A stretch of 64,000 nucleotides of DNA, taken from NCBI GenBank assembly GCA_021846045.1, contig JAJZCM010000003.1, forward strand, positions 23,604 through 87,603, read 5' to 3'. Position 1 is the first letter of the stretch; every line of letters begins with the position of its first letter. The stretch comes from a bacterium. GTDB taxonomy: Bacteria > Elusimicrobiota > Elusimicrobia > UBA1565 > UBA9628. A model generated the notes under the pieces. The model ran no database searches. It was not told the origin of the DNA and worked only from the letters and a program-made list of their open reading frames with translations. Shown one piece after another: positions 9,379 to 18,348 of the stretch. The position numbers and the translations under genes were made by a program.

Positions 9379-11634
9379 ATGAACGATTTGGAAGCGCGAT
9401 CAAAATCAACAGCGGAGCCCGTTTTAGAACTTTTTTCATGGCCGGACTTGGTTCGGCACTTTTTTTTGGTCGTCGCTTTTTTTGTTTCGCCGCTTATTTT
9501 TTTCACCAATTTAACCCGCAACCCCTACATCACTCAAATCTGCCTTCTCAATATCTCAATTTCGGTCGCCTTGACCCTTTGGATGTTTCAAAATCGCGGC
9601 AGTTTGGGAAAACTCAGAACCGTCCTCAATATTCCGCTTCTGTTTTGGACTTTGATTGTCTTCGCCAGTTGGGGATACGCTTTTTTTAGGCACGTAAAAT
9701 TTTACCGGCCCTCTGTTTTTAACGAAGGCCTCAATCATGAAATTTTCTGGGTCATTAATTGCGTGGGAGCCTTTTTTATCGGTGTGGCCGCAGTTCGGGA
9801 CCGGAACGGCTTGGATGAGACGGTCAATCTCGGGGCGTGGGCGGGTTTTTGCCTTCTCTGGGGCGGCTTATGGCTCTTCTTTCCATTGATGAAAAGTTCA
9901 AGTTCCCCGCCCACCGATATCGTCGCCTTGGTTTGGAACGGCTACGGCGGGTTTTTATGGGCGTTGGGCGTGAGCCTTTGCATGTGGCTGAGCTTTAAAA
10001 GACGAGCCGTCGATTATTTGCACTTGGCTTTGGCCGCGGGTTTTTTGGCCTCGACTTACGGAGTTCTCCAGTATTTTAATTTTGAGTTCATCTGGCCGCA
10101 TGCGCTCAACCCCTATGGCGGGCGCGCGGTTTCAACTTTCGGAAATCCTAACTTTCTTTCCTCCTACAACGTTGTTTTGCTTCCTTTTTGCGTGATCTTG
10201 TGGGCGCGCGCCAAAGGCGCGGCGCGTGCCGGATACGCGTTGTGCGCGCTGGTTCTTGAGGCGGGGCTTTTGTGTAGTCTGACGCGTTCTTCCTGGATGG
10301 GGGCTTTCGCTTCGATTTCTTTTTTGTTTTTTTCACGAGGATTTCGTAAGGCGCTCCGCAAGGAAGTGCGCCTGTTCGGGCTTTTTTTGGGGGTGGGTTT
10401 CGCCGTTTTTATCCTGTGGCCGCACAGCCTTCTTTCGGCGGGATATCGCCCCAGCGTCTTAGGGCGTTTGGAGGAAGCCGCGACAATTCTAAAGCCGGGA
10501 GAAAACAAGCAGGCTTACAGCCCTTGGCATCAAAGAGTGATGATTTGGACCTGCGCCTGGCTGATGGCCAAGGATAATCCCTTGACCGGACAGGGCTTTG
10601 GACTTTTCGAATTGTTTTATCCGTTTTATCAAGGGCCGGTTTTGCGCGCGACGCCTTTTTACTGGGGATTAAGAACTCACGCCAACAACGCCCATAATGA
10701 GATTCTTGAGGTTTTATCCCAGACGGGGCTTATCGGCCTCGGGCTGTTTGTTTGGGTCTGGGTTGTTTTTTTCCGTTTTGCGCGCGATTTTACAGGCGAA
10801 CCGGAAGATTCTTCGGCCGGCTTATGGGTTTCTGCGGGAGCCGCCGGAGTTGTGGGCATGATGGCGGACAATCTTCTCAACGTCTCTCTTCATTTCGCGG
10901 TTCCGGCTTTTCTTTTTTGGTGGGTCGTGGGAATGAGCGTGGGAAACGGGCGAATACCCAATGCCGAGCGCTCTGCCACGACAAAATCCCTAAAAAATCT
11001 CTGGGTTCCCACCCTGGTCTTATGTCTATGCGTCTGGATGCTCGGGCGCTGGAGCTGCGTTTGGGAAAGGGAAACGCATTATTTTTCCGGTTTTAAATTG
11101 GCGCGGCAGGGGGACATGGCCGGCGCGATTGATCAACTTGAGATTTCAAAGCATTGGGGGCCTCCGGAGGTCAACGCGATTTACGAATTAGGAAATGCCT
11201 ACGCTCGCTCCGGCTCTTTCAAAAAAGCCGAGGAAAATTACCAGGCGGCTCTGGATGCTAATGCGGGCTATGACGAGATTTTTTTCAACAAGGGGTCCAT
11301 CGAAGCCGTTCATCTGGGCAATATTCCCGCCGCCATCGATAATTTCCGCGTTTCGTGGTGGATCAACCCGCTTTTAAAAGACGTCTATAACAGCCTGGGC
11401 GCGCTCTATTTGCGGGATCCGGCCAAGTATTTGTCCCCGGCCTTGGATCTTCTTTCCTATGGAGTCAAGGTCTTTCCCCAGGCTTCCGGGTTCTGGAATA
11501 ATTTAGGCTATCTTGAGACCCTCAATAAAAACTATTCTGCGGCTGTCGGCGATTATCAGAGAGCTCTTCAAATCAGCCCCAATCTTACCGCCGCGCGGAA
11601 AAATCTGGAAATTCTGACCCACTCCCGTCCCTAA
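9379..11634 (+). CDS. O-antigen ligase-like (Wzy_C) membrane protein with C-terminal TPRs
   Basis: STFGNPNFL, LTRSSW, GQGFG, HANNAHNEILE, then TPR-like helices. Start uncertain (9352-9379). Confidence 0.85.
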   Translation: MNDLEARSKSTAEPVLELFSWPDLVRHFFLVVAFFVSPLIFFTNLTRNPYITQICLLNISISVALTLWMFQNRGSLGKLRTVLNIPLLFWTLIVFASWGYAFFRHVKFYRPSVFNEGLNHEIFWVINCVGAFFIGVAAVRDRNGLDETVNLGAWAGFCLLWGGLWLFFPLMKSSSSPPTDIVALVWNGYGGFLWALGVSLCMWLSFKRRAVDYLHLALAAGFLASTYGVLQYFNFEFIWPHALNPYGGRAVSTFGNPNFLSSYNVVLLPFCVILWARAKGAARAGYALCALVLEAGLLCSLTRSSWMGAFASISFLFFSRGFRKALRKEVRLFGLFLGVGFAVFILWPHSLLSAGYRPSVLGRLEEAATILKPGENKQAYSPWHQRVMIWTCAWLMAKDNPLTGQGFGLFELFYPFYQGPVLRATPFYWGLRTHANNAHNEILEVLSQTGLIGLGLFVWVWVVFFRFARDFTGEPEDSSAGLWVSAGAAGVVGMMADNLLNVSLHFAVPAFLFWWVVGMSVGNGRIPNAERSATTKSLKNLWVPTLVLCLCVWMLGRWSCVWERETHYFSGFKLARQGDMAGAIDQLEISKHWGPPEVNAIYELGNAYARSGSFKKAEENYQAALDANAGYDEIFFNKGSIEAVHLGNIPAAIDNFRVSWWINPLLKDVYNSLGALYLRDPAKYLSPALDLLSYGVKVFPQASGFWNNLGYLETLNKNYSAAVGDYQRALQISPNLTAARKNLEILTHSRP

Positions 11635-11736
11635 AAATAGGGGTTTTAAACTGTAATAATTTAGCAAACACTTCGGAGCAATACTTATTGGGAGCAGTGG
11701 AAATTGTTTTAAGGGGGGAAGTATTCATTAAAGGCC

Positions 11737-13365
11737 ATGCCTAGAAGCGGGCGGAAATTCTTCTGGAGTTTTATTTTCAGCTCGGTCGCCATCGGCGCCT
11801 GGGGTGGAATTATCGTTGGAACACAGCCTCCGCCTCTTAGCCGCGACATGCAACTGGGAATTTTTTATTTTAAGAAGGGGGAAGACTCCGAGGCGATGGA
11901 CCGCTTTATTGAAGTCCTCAATGGCGGGAATCCCGCTGAACGGGTCATTGCCAATAAATACCTCAATCGCATTACCCGGCGCATGTCGGGAACCAAGCCC
12001 GGCCCGGAGGAGACATCGGCGCAAAACCCGGCGGCCCCGACCCGGATCAAAATTGTCCAATCCTCACCCCTAAGCGGTGTTGCTCTTCAACAAGAAATCA
12101 AAGGACAAATCCAGAATTTGACCGTTTCCGGACTTGCGCGATTAAAGCGCATTCATGGAATTGTCGTGCTTCGCAAAAAAGACGGGCGGCCTTGGGCGGC
12201 GGCCTTGCCTTCGAACCTCTTATTTAAAAAACGGATAACGTTTACGAAGAACGCGGATCAAATTCTTTCCGATTTGGCTCTGGTTTCTTATGGCGAGGGG
12301 AAAGCCAAGATATTCGTTTTTCCAGAAGGAGCGGCCTTGGGGGATGTGAAGGTTGGAAATATGCGCCGGGCGGTCGCGGTTGCCGATTCCCTTGTCGCTT
12401 CGGGAATTTCTCCGAGCCGGGTTCAATCGGAACTTTTGACCGGAAGTTCTTACCGCATTCCCAGTCCCCTTCTTTCTTTCAAGGGAATTATTCTTGTCTT
12501 TGCTTACCACGCGACTCTTGATCTTAAGGCGCCGCCGGATGAAGACGGGCCTCCCTTATCAATGGGGCTTTCTTCTTCCCGGTTCCTGGTGGACAAGGGG
12601 GAAGGCGTGTTGATTGAGTTTTCCATAGAAAAACCTCAATCAGGAGTGCGTTTTTGGAAATTTAGAATTTTAGGCCCGGAAAATGCCAAGCCGCGGACAA
12701 TCGAAGAAGTCGTGGGCAGCGGCTCCGTTTTTCACCAAGTTTACTGGGATGGAAGAAAAAACTATTCCGGTTCTCCGGAACCCTCCGGTTTTTATGAGTG
12801 CCTTCTGACGGCGGAAGACGGCGCCGGGCGGACTCGGGCAATTCACCGGTGGGTGGAACTCGTGGGGCCTCCCGAGGCGCAAAAAGGTCCTTCAAAACGC
12901 AGAAAAGCGGTCAAACCGGTGCGCCCAAATCCAATCAAGAGGAATTTCCCTGGACATAAAAAAATATCCTATGTCCAATTGCACGCAAATCATGGAAAGA
13001 AAAAGAAATTCCGGGCTAAAGCTCTTCTCGGCGCGAATGTCATCTCGTTTCAAGCCGGCAGCTATCAGACAAATAGGGAAATGGAGAATAAAATTTTGGC
13101 GCTTGCTAGAGGCATGGCTAAAAATAAGAAAGCGCGATATAATATCACCGGCTATGCCAAACCGGCGGAGAAAAATGCTAAAAACTTGTGTCGCCAGCGG
13201 GCGCAGATTGTAGCGGGACTGCTGATCAACAAGTATGGGATTAATTTTAGACGGCTCAAAATTAGCGGGCATGTGTTAAATTCAAAAGGCGATCGCGTCA
13301 TCGTTTTCACACGGGCCGTCGCCAAAAAAAGGAGCGCTCGAAAGCGTGGACGAAAATCTTATTGA
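11737..13365 (+). CDS. Envelope protein with TPR, OmpA-like and FlgD-Ig-like segments
   Basis: N-terminal TM; VYWDGRKNYSG (FlgD-Ig-like); C-terminal ITGYA...NLCRQRAQIVAGLL (OmpA-like). Confidence 0.6.
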   Translation: MPRSGRKFFWSFIFSSVAIGAWGGIIVGTQPPPLSRDMQLGIFYFKKGEDSEAMDRFIEVLNGGNPAERVIANKYLNRITRRMSGTKPGPEETSAQNPAAPTRIKIVQSSPLSGVALQQEIKGQIQNLTVSGLARLKRIHGIVVLRKKDGRPWAAALPSNLLFKKRITFTKNADQILSDLALVSYGEGKAKIFVFPEGAALGDVKVGNMRRAVAVADSLVASGISPSRVQSELLTGSSYRIPSPLLSFKGIILVFAYHATLDLKAPPDEDGPPLSMGLSSSRFLVDKGEGVLIEFSIEKPQSGVRFWKFRILGPENAKPRTIEEVVGSGSVFHQVYWDGRKNYSGSPEPSGFYECLLTAEDGAGRTRAIHRWVELVGPPEAQKGPSKRRKAVKPVRPNPIKRNFPGHKKISYVQLHANHGKKKKFRAKALLGANVISFQAGSYQTNREMENKILALARGMAKNKKARYNITGYAKPAEKNAKNLCRQRAQIVAGLLINKYGINFRRLKISGHVLNSKGDRVIVFTRAVAKKRSARKRGRKSY

Positions 13366-14959
13366 CGAATGGGCCTTCGGAATCAAGGCCCCCAAGATTT
13401 CCCAAAACTTGGGCATTTATCTAAGTCCAAGCGTGGCCTATATCGCCCAATCCCATCTCAATAAAGGCAGTTTGGTCATAGACCAGCTTTTTAGAATTGC
13501 GCTTCCACAACCTAAAGTGGCGGTTGCGCCGAAAGATCCTTCCCAAATGCCGGGCGTGGAGTTGTGGGGAGATTTTAACGACATCACGGATATTTTAAAG
13601 GCGGCCTTGGGAAAACTAGTCCATGCGCCGAAGGAAGTCGTGGTTTCTCTTTCGCCGGAATTGAGTCTTCTTCGTTATTTCCAAATGCCCCAAATTGAGC
13701 AGAGATTTTGGAAAACGGCGATTCCGTTGGAAGCAAAAAAACATATTCCTTTCGCGTTTCAAGGCCTTACCAGCGATTTTCAGGTTTTTCCCTCCGTAGC
13801 GATGACTCCGGATGGAAAAGGGGTGCAAGGGGTTGCATTCGCCGTGACGTCGAAGTCAACCTGGGAAGGGGCGAATGCTTTGATCAAAGGTCTCAAGTTG
13901 GAGATGGTGGCGATAGAAACCGCGATCAACCCTTACTTGCGGTTTCTCTTGGCCATGGATAAAACGATTGTGGGGCCCGCTTGCCTTTGGGTCCATTTTT
14001 CAGATACCAAAGTCCGCATCATGGGGTTTGCAAAGGGAATTCCTCTTTTTTTCAGAGAAGCTGATTTGTATCCCAACGGCGACATTCGAACCTTGGGGCT
14101 TCCTAGCCTGGCTGATTTCATGAACCATAAACTGGGCTTTGGGCCCGTCCAAAGATGCCTGATTAGCGGCGCGGCCAATGAGGCCTTAGTCGCCAGCCTT
14201 TCTCAAGGAATGAATCTTCGGGCGGAATTTAAAAACCCAGGGCTTCCCTTGGGGCTTAAAAGCGGAGATTTTGAACCCTACGCCGCCATTGGAAGTTCTT
14301 TTCGTTTTACCGCTCCATCCCCGGCAAGCATGGACTTTTCCGCGTCCATGAAGGTGACCGACAGCGAGAGAAAGGCCGCAGTATTTCTTGTCGGAGCCGC
14401 CGCCGTAGTGGCCGCTCTTTTTATCGTCCTTGGCCTTTACTCGGGATTTCAGGCTTTCGCTAAATATCGGGAGTTGGCCGGAATCAAAAGAGACCCTCGC
14501 GTGGAGGCCCTTTTCCGCGGGAAGTCTTCCAATGACATTCAGAATATAATCGCTAAAATCGAGAAAGAAACGGTGTTTCTGGGGGCGGCGACGAGAAAGA
14601 AAAATTCCCCTACTCTTTTTTTTCAAGGCATTGCCGATACCATACCGGATAATATTTGGCTGACCAATATAGAGCTTCACAATCCGCTTAAAAGACCCGG
14701 AGTGAATTTCGGGGAAGGTCTAACACTCAAGTTGTCGGGGTATGCCGCGGCGAATTCTCGAATGGAAGAAGAAGACGACACCAGAAATTTTAAAGAGAGC
14801 CTTGGCGAATTGCCGGAATTTAAAAAGTTATCCGTTCAGATTCAGTTTCAGGAACAACAAAATCAGAGCCTCTATGGCGGCTTGAATAAAGATCCCTATG
14901 AAGTCGAACGCAAACAGGAGGAAAGGACGAGTTTTGATATTACGGCCCAATCACAATAG
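13346..14959 (+). CDS. PilM-PilN-like fusion (pilus alignment complex)
   Basis: Actin-like N-terminus (LEAKKHIPF), a TM, then IPDNIWLTNIEL/LKLSGYA (PilN-like); lies in the pil operon. Confidence 0.7.
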   Translation: MDENLIDEWAFGIKAPKISQNLGIYLSPSVAYIAQSHLNKGSLVIDQLFRIALPQPKVAVAPKDPSQMPGVELWGDFNDITDILKAALGKLVHAPKEVVVSLSPELSLLRYFQMPQIEQRFWKTAIPLEAKKHIPFAFQGLTSDFQVFPSVAMTPDGKGVQGVAFAVTSKSTWEGANALIKGLKLEMVAIETAINPYLRFLLAMDKTIVGPACLWVHFSDTKVRIMGFAKGIPLFFREADLYPNGDIRTLGLPSLADFMNHKLGFGPVQRCLISGAANEALVASLSQGMNLRAEFKNPGLPLGLKSGDFEPYAAIGSSFRFTAPSPASMDFSASMKVTDSERKAAVFLVGAAAVVAALFIVLGLYSGFQAFAKYRELAGIKRDPRVEALFRGKSSNDIQNIIAKIEKETVFLGAATRKKNSPTLFFQGIADTIPDNIWLTNIELHNPLKRPGVNFGEGLTLKLSGYAAANSRMEEEDDTRNFKESLGELPEFKKLSVQIQFQEQQNQSLYGGLNKDPYEVERKQEERTSFDITAQSQ

Positions 14960-14977
14960 AGCTCAATTTTGATAACC

Positions 14978-15565
14978 ATGGACATAAAAGAGATCGAAAG
15001 AAAAATTCGCCATCTGCAAAGAGATTTTAGCGATACGATCTTTGTCCTTCAGAATAAGGGCTTAAATTTTTTTCAACGCGTTTGGCTTGCGGTGCTACTC
15101 ATCATATTTGTTCCCTATAAATTTTTTTATCAGACGATGAATAATGAAGTCGCGTCCCTTGAGATGAGAATTAATACAGCCAAGGCCGCCACCAAATACG
15201 CAAAAACCTATAACGACGCGATGGAAAATATTTCGGCCGTTAAACGCCACCTCCCGCCTCTGGGAAAGGAAGATAGCTGGTTGAGCGATGCCGCGATTTC
15301 TTCCCTTAAGAAAGAAGGTATCACTCCTGATTCCGTTTCCACCGTCCATCAGATTAAAAATGAAGAGTTAATCAAACAAACTATTTCCTTGGACTTTCGC
15401 GCGAAGTTCCCCGAGACTTTTGCCTGGATTTATCAAATCGAACATGATCGCTTTCTGATTCATGTTGATTCCTTGAGTATAAAGAAAGACGGATTGGATG
15501 AAAACAAGGTCCATTGCACGCTCTCAACTTTGATGCAATCGAACAAAGCTGGGGGGAACTCCTAG
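14978..15565 (+). CDS. PilO/GspM-like protein
   Basis: TM, coiled coil, HLP motif; position in the pil operon. Confidence 0.6.
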   Translation: MDIKEIERKIRHLQRDFSDTIFVLQNKGLNFFQRVWLAVLLIIFVPYKFFYQTMNNEVASLEMRINTAKAATKYAKTYNDAMENISAVKRHLPPLGKEDSWLSDAAISSLKKEGITPDSVSTVHQIKNEELIKQTISLDFRAKFPETFAWIYQIEHDRFLIHVDSLSIKKDGLDENKVHCTLSTLMQSNKAGGNS

Positions 15566-15567
15566 CT

Positions 15568-16296
15568 ATGGCTAGAAAAAGCCCCGCTGGATGGCTGATT
15601 CTGGTTTTGGTCTTGGCCCTTCCAGGCTTGATTTTTTATTTTGGTTGGGTTCGTGTGAGAGAAAAGCGCGCATCTCGCTCTATTAGCGTGCCGCCTTCTT
15701 TGGGACAGGTTTTCAATTCCGCTCCTCCCGGGACGAGAGTTCTTAATTCACGTCCGGCAAAATCCATGGCGCCGGTTATTCCGACCGATAAATTCTCGGC
15801 CACAGCAAAAGCGCTTCCGGCTCCTGTTCCACATCCCGTGACTTCTCCTCAAGCGGCTACGCATGTGAAAACGCCGCTTTCCGAGCCCCGCGATCTCGCC
15901 AATGCCGGGAAACCCGTCTTGAAGACTCCTCCCGTGCTCGCCGCCAAGCCCGTTAGTGTGGAATCTCCAAAATTGACGGTTCCGCAGTTGAAAAGGGATC
16001 CGACTCTTTCTCCCACCGATAGAAAAGAAATCTACGATATGCTTCACCCTAGACCCAAACCGAGAGTCGTTCATCGGCGTTTCAAGAAAAAACGCGGGCC
16101 GCCAATTGAGACCCTCATTGATTTAGAAGGAATTATATTTGTCTCTCCCGCTAATGCAAAGGCGATTATTAACGGAAATATAATGAAGGTTGGTGGATTG
16201 GTTCACGGAGCCAAAATCATCAAAATTGAGAAACAGAAGGTGGTTTTTTCTTATCATGGAAGGCGAGTAATCAAAGTCATGAGTAATAAACTTTGA
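15568..16296 (+). CDS. PilP/GspB-like protein
   Basis: TM, Pro-rich linker, RDPTL, LEGIIF...AIINGNIMKVG. Confidence 0.6.
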   Translation: MARKSPAGWLILVLVLALPGLIFYFGWVRVREKRASRSISVPPSLGQVFNSAPPGTRVLNSRPAKSMAPVIPTDKFSATAKALPAPVPHPVTSPQAATHVKTPLSEPRDLANAGKPVLKTPPVLAAKPVSVESPKLTVPQLKRDPTLSPTDRKEIYDMLHPRPKPRVVHRRFKKKRGPPIETLIDLEGIIFVSPANAKAIINGNIMKVGGLVHGAKIIKIEKQKVVFSYHGRRVIKVMSNKL

Positions 16297-16306
16297 GGAG
16301 AATATT

Positions 16307-18295
16307 ATGAACATCCAGGTCAGGCGTCTTAACGTTGCGCGGGATCAAGGCCTGTTTCGCGCCTTATGTCTTTTATCCGCTCTGGAATTGGGGCTTTTGC
16401 CGGGTTTAACAGTTTGGGGTCAATCTGACGGTTCAACTCCTGAGGCTAATCCTCAATTTCAAAATTCAGTGCAAACCCCCCGCGCGAACTCCGGGGGGCC
16501 GGTGGACAGCATTTCCGCGATTAAAGCTCATGCGGCTTCCGCTTCTAAAAATCTCGATCAGGCAATTTCTCCCTCCTCTAACAATTCTCCGCAACAGGGA
16601 ATACAAATCGGCGCTTCCACGGCGCCCGTTCTGCGGAAGAAAAAAGTCCTTTCTCCTCTGGAAACTCGCATATCTATTCGAGTTAAAAATGCTCCCCTAG
16701 CGACTTTTTTAGACGCCATTTCCGCTCAAGCAAAAATCAACTTCCTCATTACAGAAGGCCTTGAGGCGGTCAAAATCACGGCTTTTTTGCAGCACGTGAC
16801 GGTTCGGGAAGCCTTGCAGATCCTTCTTGAAATTAAAGGGCTCACCTATCGGCAAATTGGAAAAAGCAATACCTATGTGATTAGAAGAAAATCAAAAAAT
16901 GCTCCTAGTTTTACTACGCGCATTTATTCTCTTTCTTATATACCCTTGGTCAATATCTCTCAGCAGGGAACCCAAGGTCAACAGGGTGGAGCGGGGGGGG
17001 GCCAAGGAGGAATGTTGGGTGGGATGGGCGGCTCTTCCTCTGGAGGCGCGCAAGGGGGCGGCGGCGGTGGAAGCCCTCAAGGCGGCGGCCTGACTCCTGG
17101 CCAAGGCGGGCAAGCGATTGGAATGAGCGCGCAAAGCGCGGGTGGCGGCGCGGGCGGCGGCGCGCAAGGCATGGGTGGAATGCCCGGAGCTGGAGCGGGG
17201 GGGGCGAGCTCCATTGTCACGGTTGTCCAATCGGTTTTAACCAAGGCCGGGCGAGTGGCGGTGGACCCGAGAACCAATTCCTTAATCGTCACCGATGTTC
17301 CCGAAGTTTTTCCGCAAGTGGATCAGCTGATTGCCGATCTGGACAAGAAAGTTCCGCAAGTGATGATTGAGGCTCAGATCGTTGAAATTGATTCCAATCG
17401 CGCCAACGATCTCGGCTTTGAATGGGGCGGCCCCAACGGAGAAATGGGAACTTTCACCGGAGGCCAGAGAGACACTTCTTTTCCGATGGTTCTAACCGGA
17501 GCTTCAGGGCAAGCGCGTTTTTTTGATCCCGTCCAAAACGTCATGAGCACCTTGGCCCTTGAAGGCGGCGGCATGATGGGTGGCGGCGGTGGCGGCGGGA
17601 TGGGTGGCGGTATGATGGGCGGCATAGGCGGGCTGGGCGGTTTGGGCGGGAGTAGTGGTGGGATGTTGGCTATCCCCACGACAGCGCCCGGAATTAACCC
17701 CTTGACAGGGCTACCGATGTTAGGATCCAGCGTAATGACCAGCGTCCTTAATTTAAGCCAGCTGACCATTACTTTGCGCATGTTGGTTTCGCGTTCCGAG
17801 GCTCGCTATTTAGGCAAGCCAAAAATCTTGACGGTCAATAATACGCCGGCGACCATCTCCATTAATGGAGACACCGCTGTGTATATGGCGGAACAAACGA
17901 CCGGGGGCGGCATGGGTATATCGCAGGCGTCTTACTCTCCAGTGACGAAAACCACCGGTTTGTCCTTGACGGTGACCCCCCAGGTTAATGGCGATGGGTA
18001 TATCACGATGATGGTGTCTCCGAGTTTTACGGATGTCCAGCCGTCTGCGGTGGGGAGCCCGACCAGTCCTGTTTATGACACTTTGAAACGATCGGCTAAT
18101 ACCCTGGTTCGCGTCAAAAATGGAGAGACCTTGGTTTTGGGAGGGCTTTTACATTCAGTTGAGACAAAGATGGTTCGCAAGGTTCCCTTTTTGGGGTATA
18201 TCCCGGTGATTGGGTGGCTGTTTACCAGCGTTCAGGCTCAGCGAAAAAATACGGATCTTGTCATCTTCATCACGCCGACTATTATTAATGATTAG
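16307..18295 (+). CDS. Secretin (PilQ/GspD family) with Gly-rich inserts
   Basis: VDPRTNSLIVTD, PQVMIEAQIVE, GETLVLGGL, KVPFLGYIPVIGWLF, LVIFITPTII. Confidence 0.93.
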   Translation: MNIQVRRLNVARDQGLFRALCLLSALELGLLPGLTVWGQSDGSTPEANPQFQNSVQTPRANSGGPVDSISAIKAHAASASKNLDQAISPSSNNSPQQGIQIGASTAPVLRKKKVLSPLETRISIRVKNAPLATFLDAISAQAKINFLITEGLEAVKITAFLQHVTVREALQILLEIKGLTYRQIGKSNTYVIRRKSKNAPSFTTRIYSLSYIPLVNISQQGTQGQQGGAGGGQGGMLGGMGGSSSGGAQGGGGGGSPQGGGLTPGQGGQAIGMSAQSAGGGAGGGAQGMGGMPGAGAGGASSIVTVVQSVLTKAGRVAVDPRTNSLIVTDVPEVFPQVDQLIADLDKKVPQVMIEAQIVEIDSNRANDLGFEWGGPNGEMGTFTGGQRDTSFPMVLTGASGQARFFDPVQNVMSTLALEGGGMMGGGGGGGMGGGMMGGIGGLGGLGGSSGGMLAIPTTAPGINPLTGLPMLGSSVMTSVLNLSQLTITLRMLVSRSEARYLGKPKILTVNNTPATISINGDTAVYMAEQTTGGGMGISQASYSPVTKTTGLSLTVTPQVNGDGYITMMVSPSFTDVQPSAVGSPTSPVYDTLKRSANTLVRVKNGETLVLGGLLHSVETKMVRKVPFLGYIPVIGWLFTSVQAQRKNTDLVIFITPTIIND

Positions 18296-18298
18296 GCC

Positions 18299-18326
18299 TT
18301 GACATATTCGAGAAACCCGCTATACT
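18299..18326 (+). promoter_or_regulatory. Sigma70-type promoter upstream of pilB
   Basis: TTGACA-16 bp-TATACT. Confidence 0.65.
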
Positions 18327-18348
18327 TCTAAAAGGGGTTAAATATTAA

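Noticed and set aside
11635..11736. c-di-GMP riboswitch upstream of the pil operon
   Set aside because: Only a GCAAAC fragment is present; the paired stems and second conserved motif were not found.
16960..17670. GGC-rich tracts as a DNA repeat element
   Set aside because: Explained by Gly-rich coding sequence with varied codons inside the secretin.
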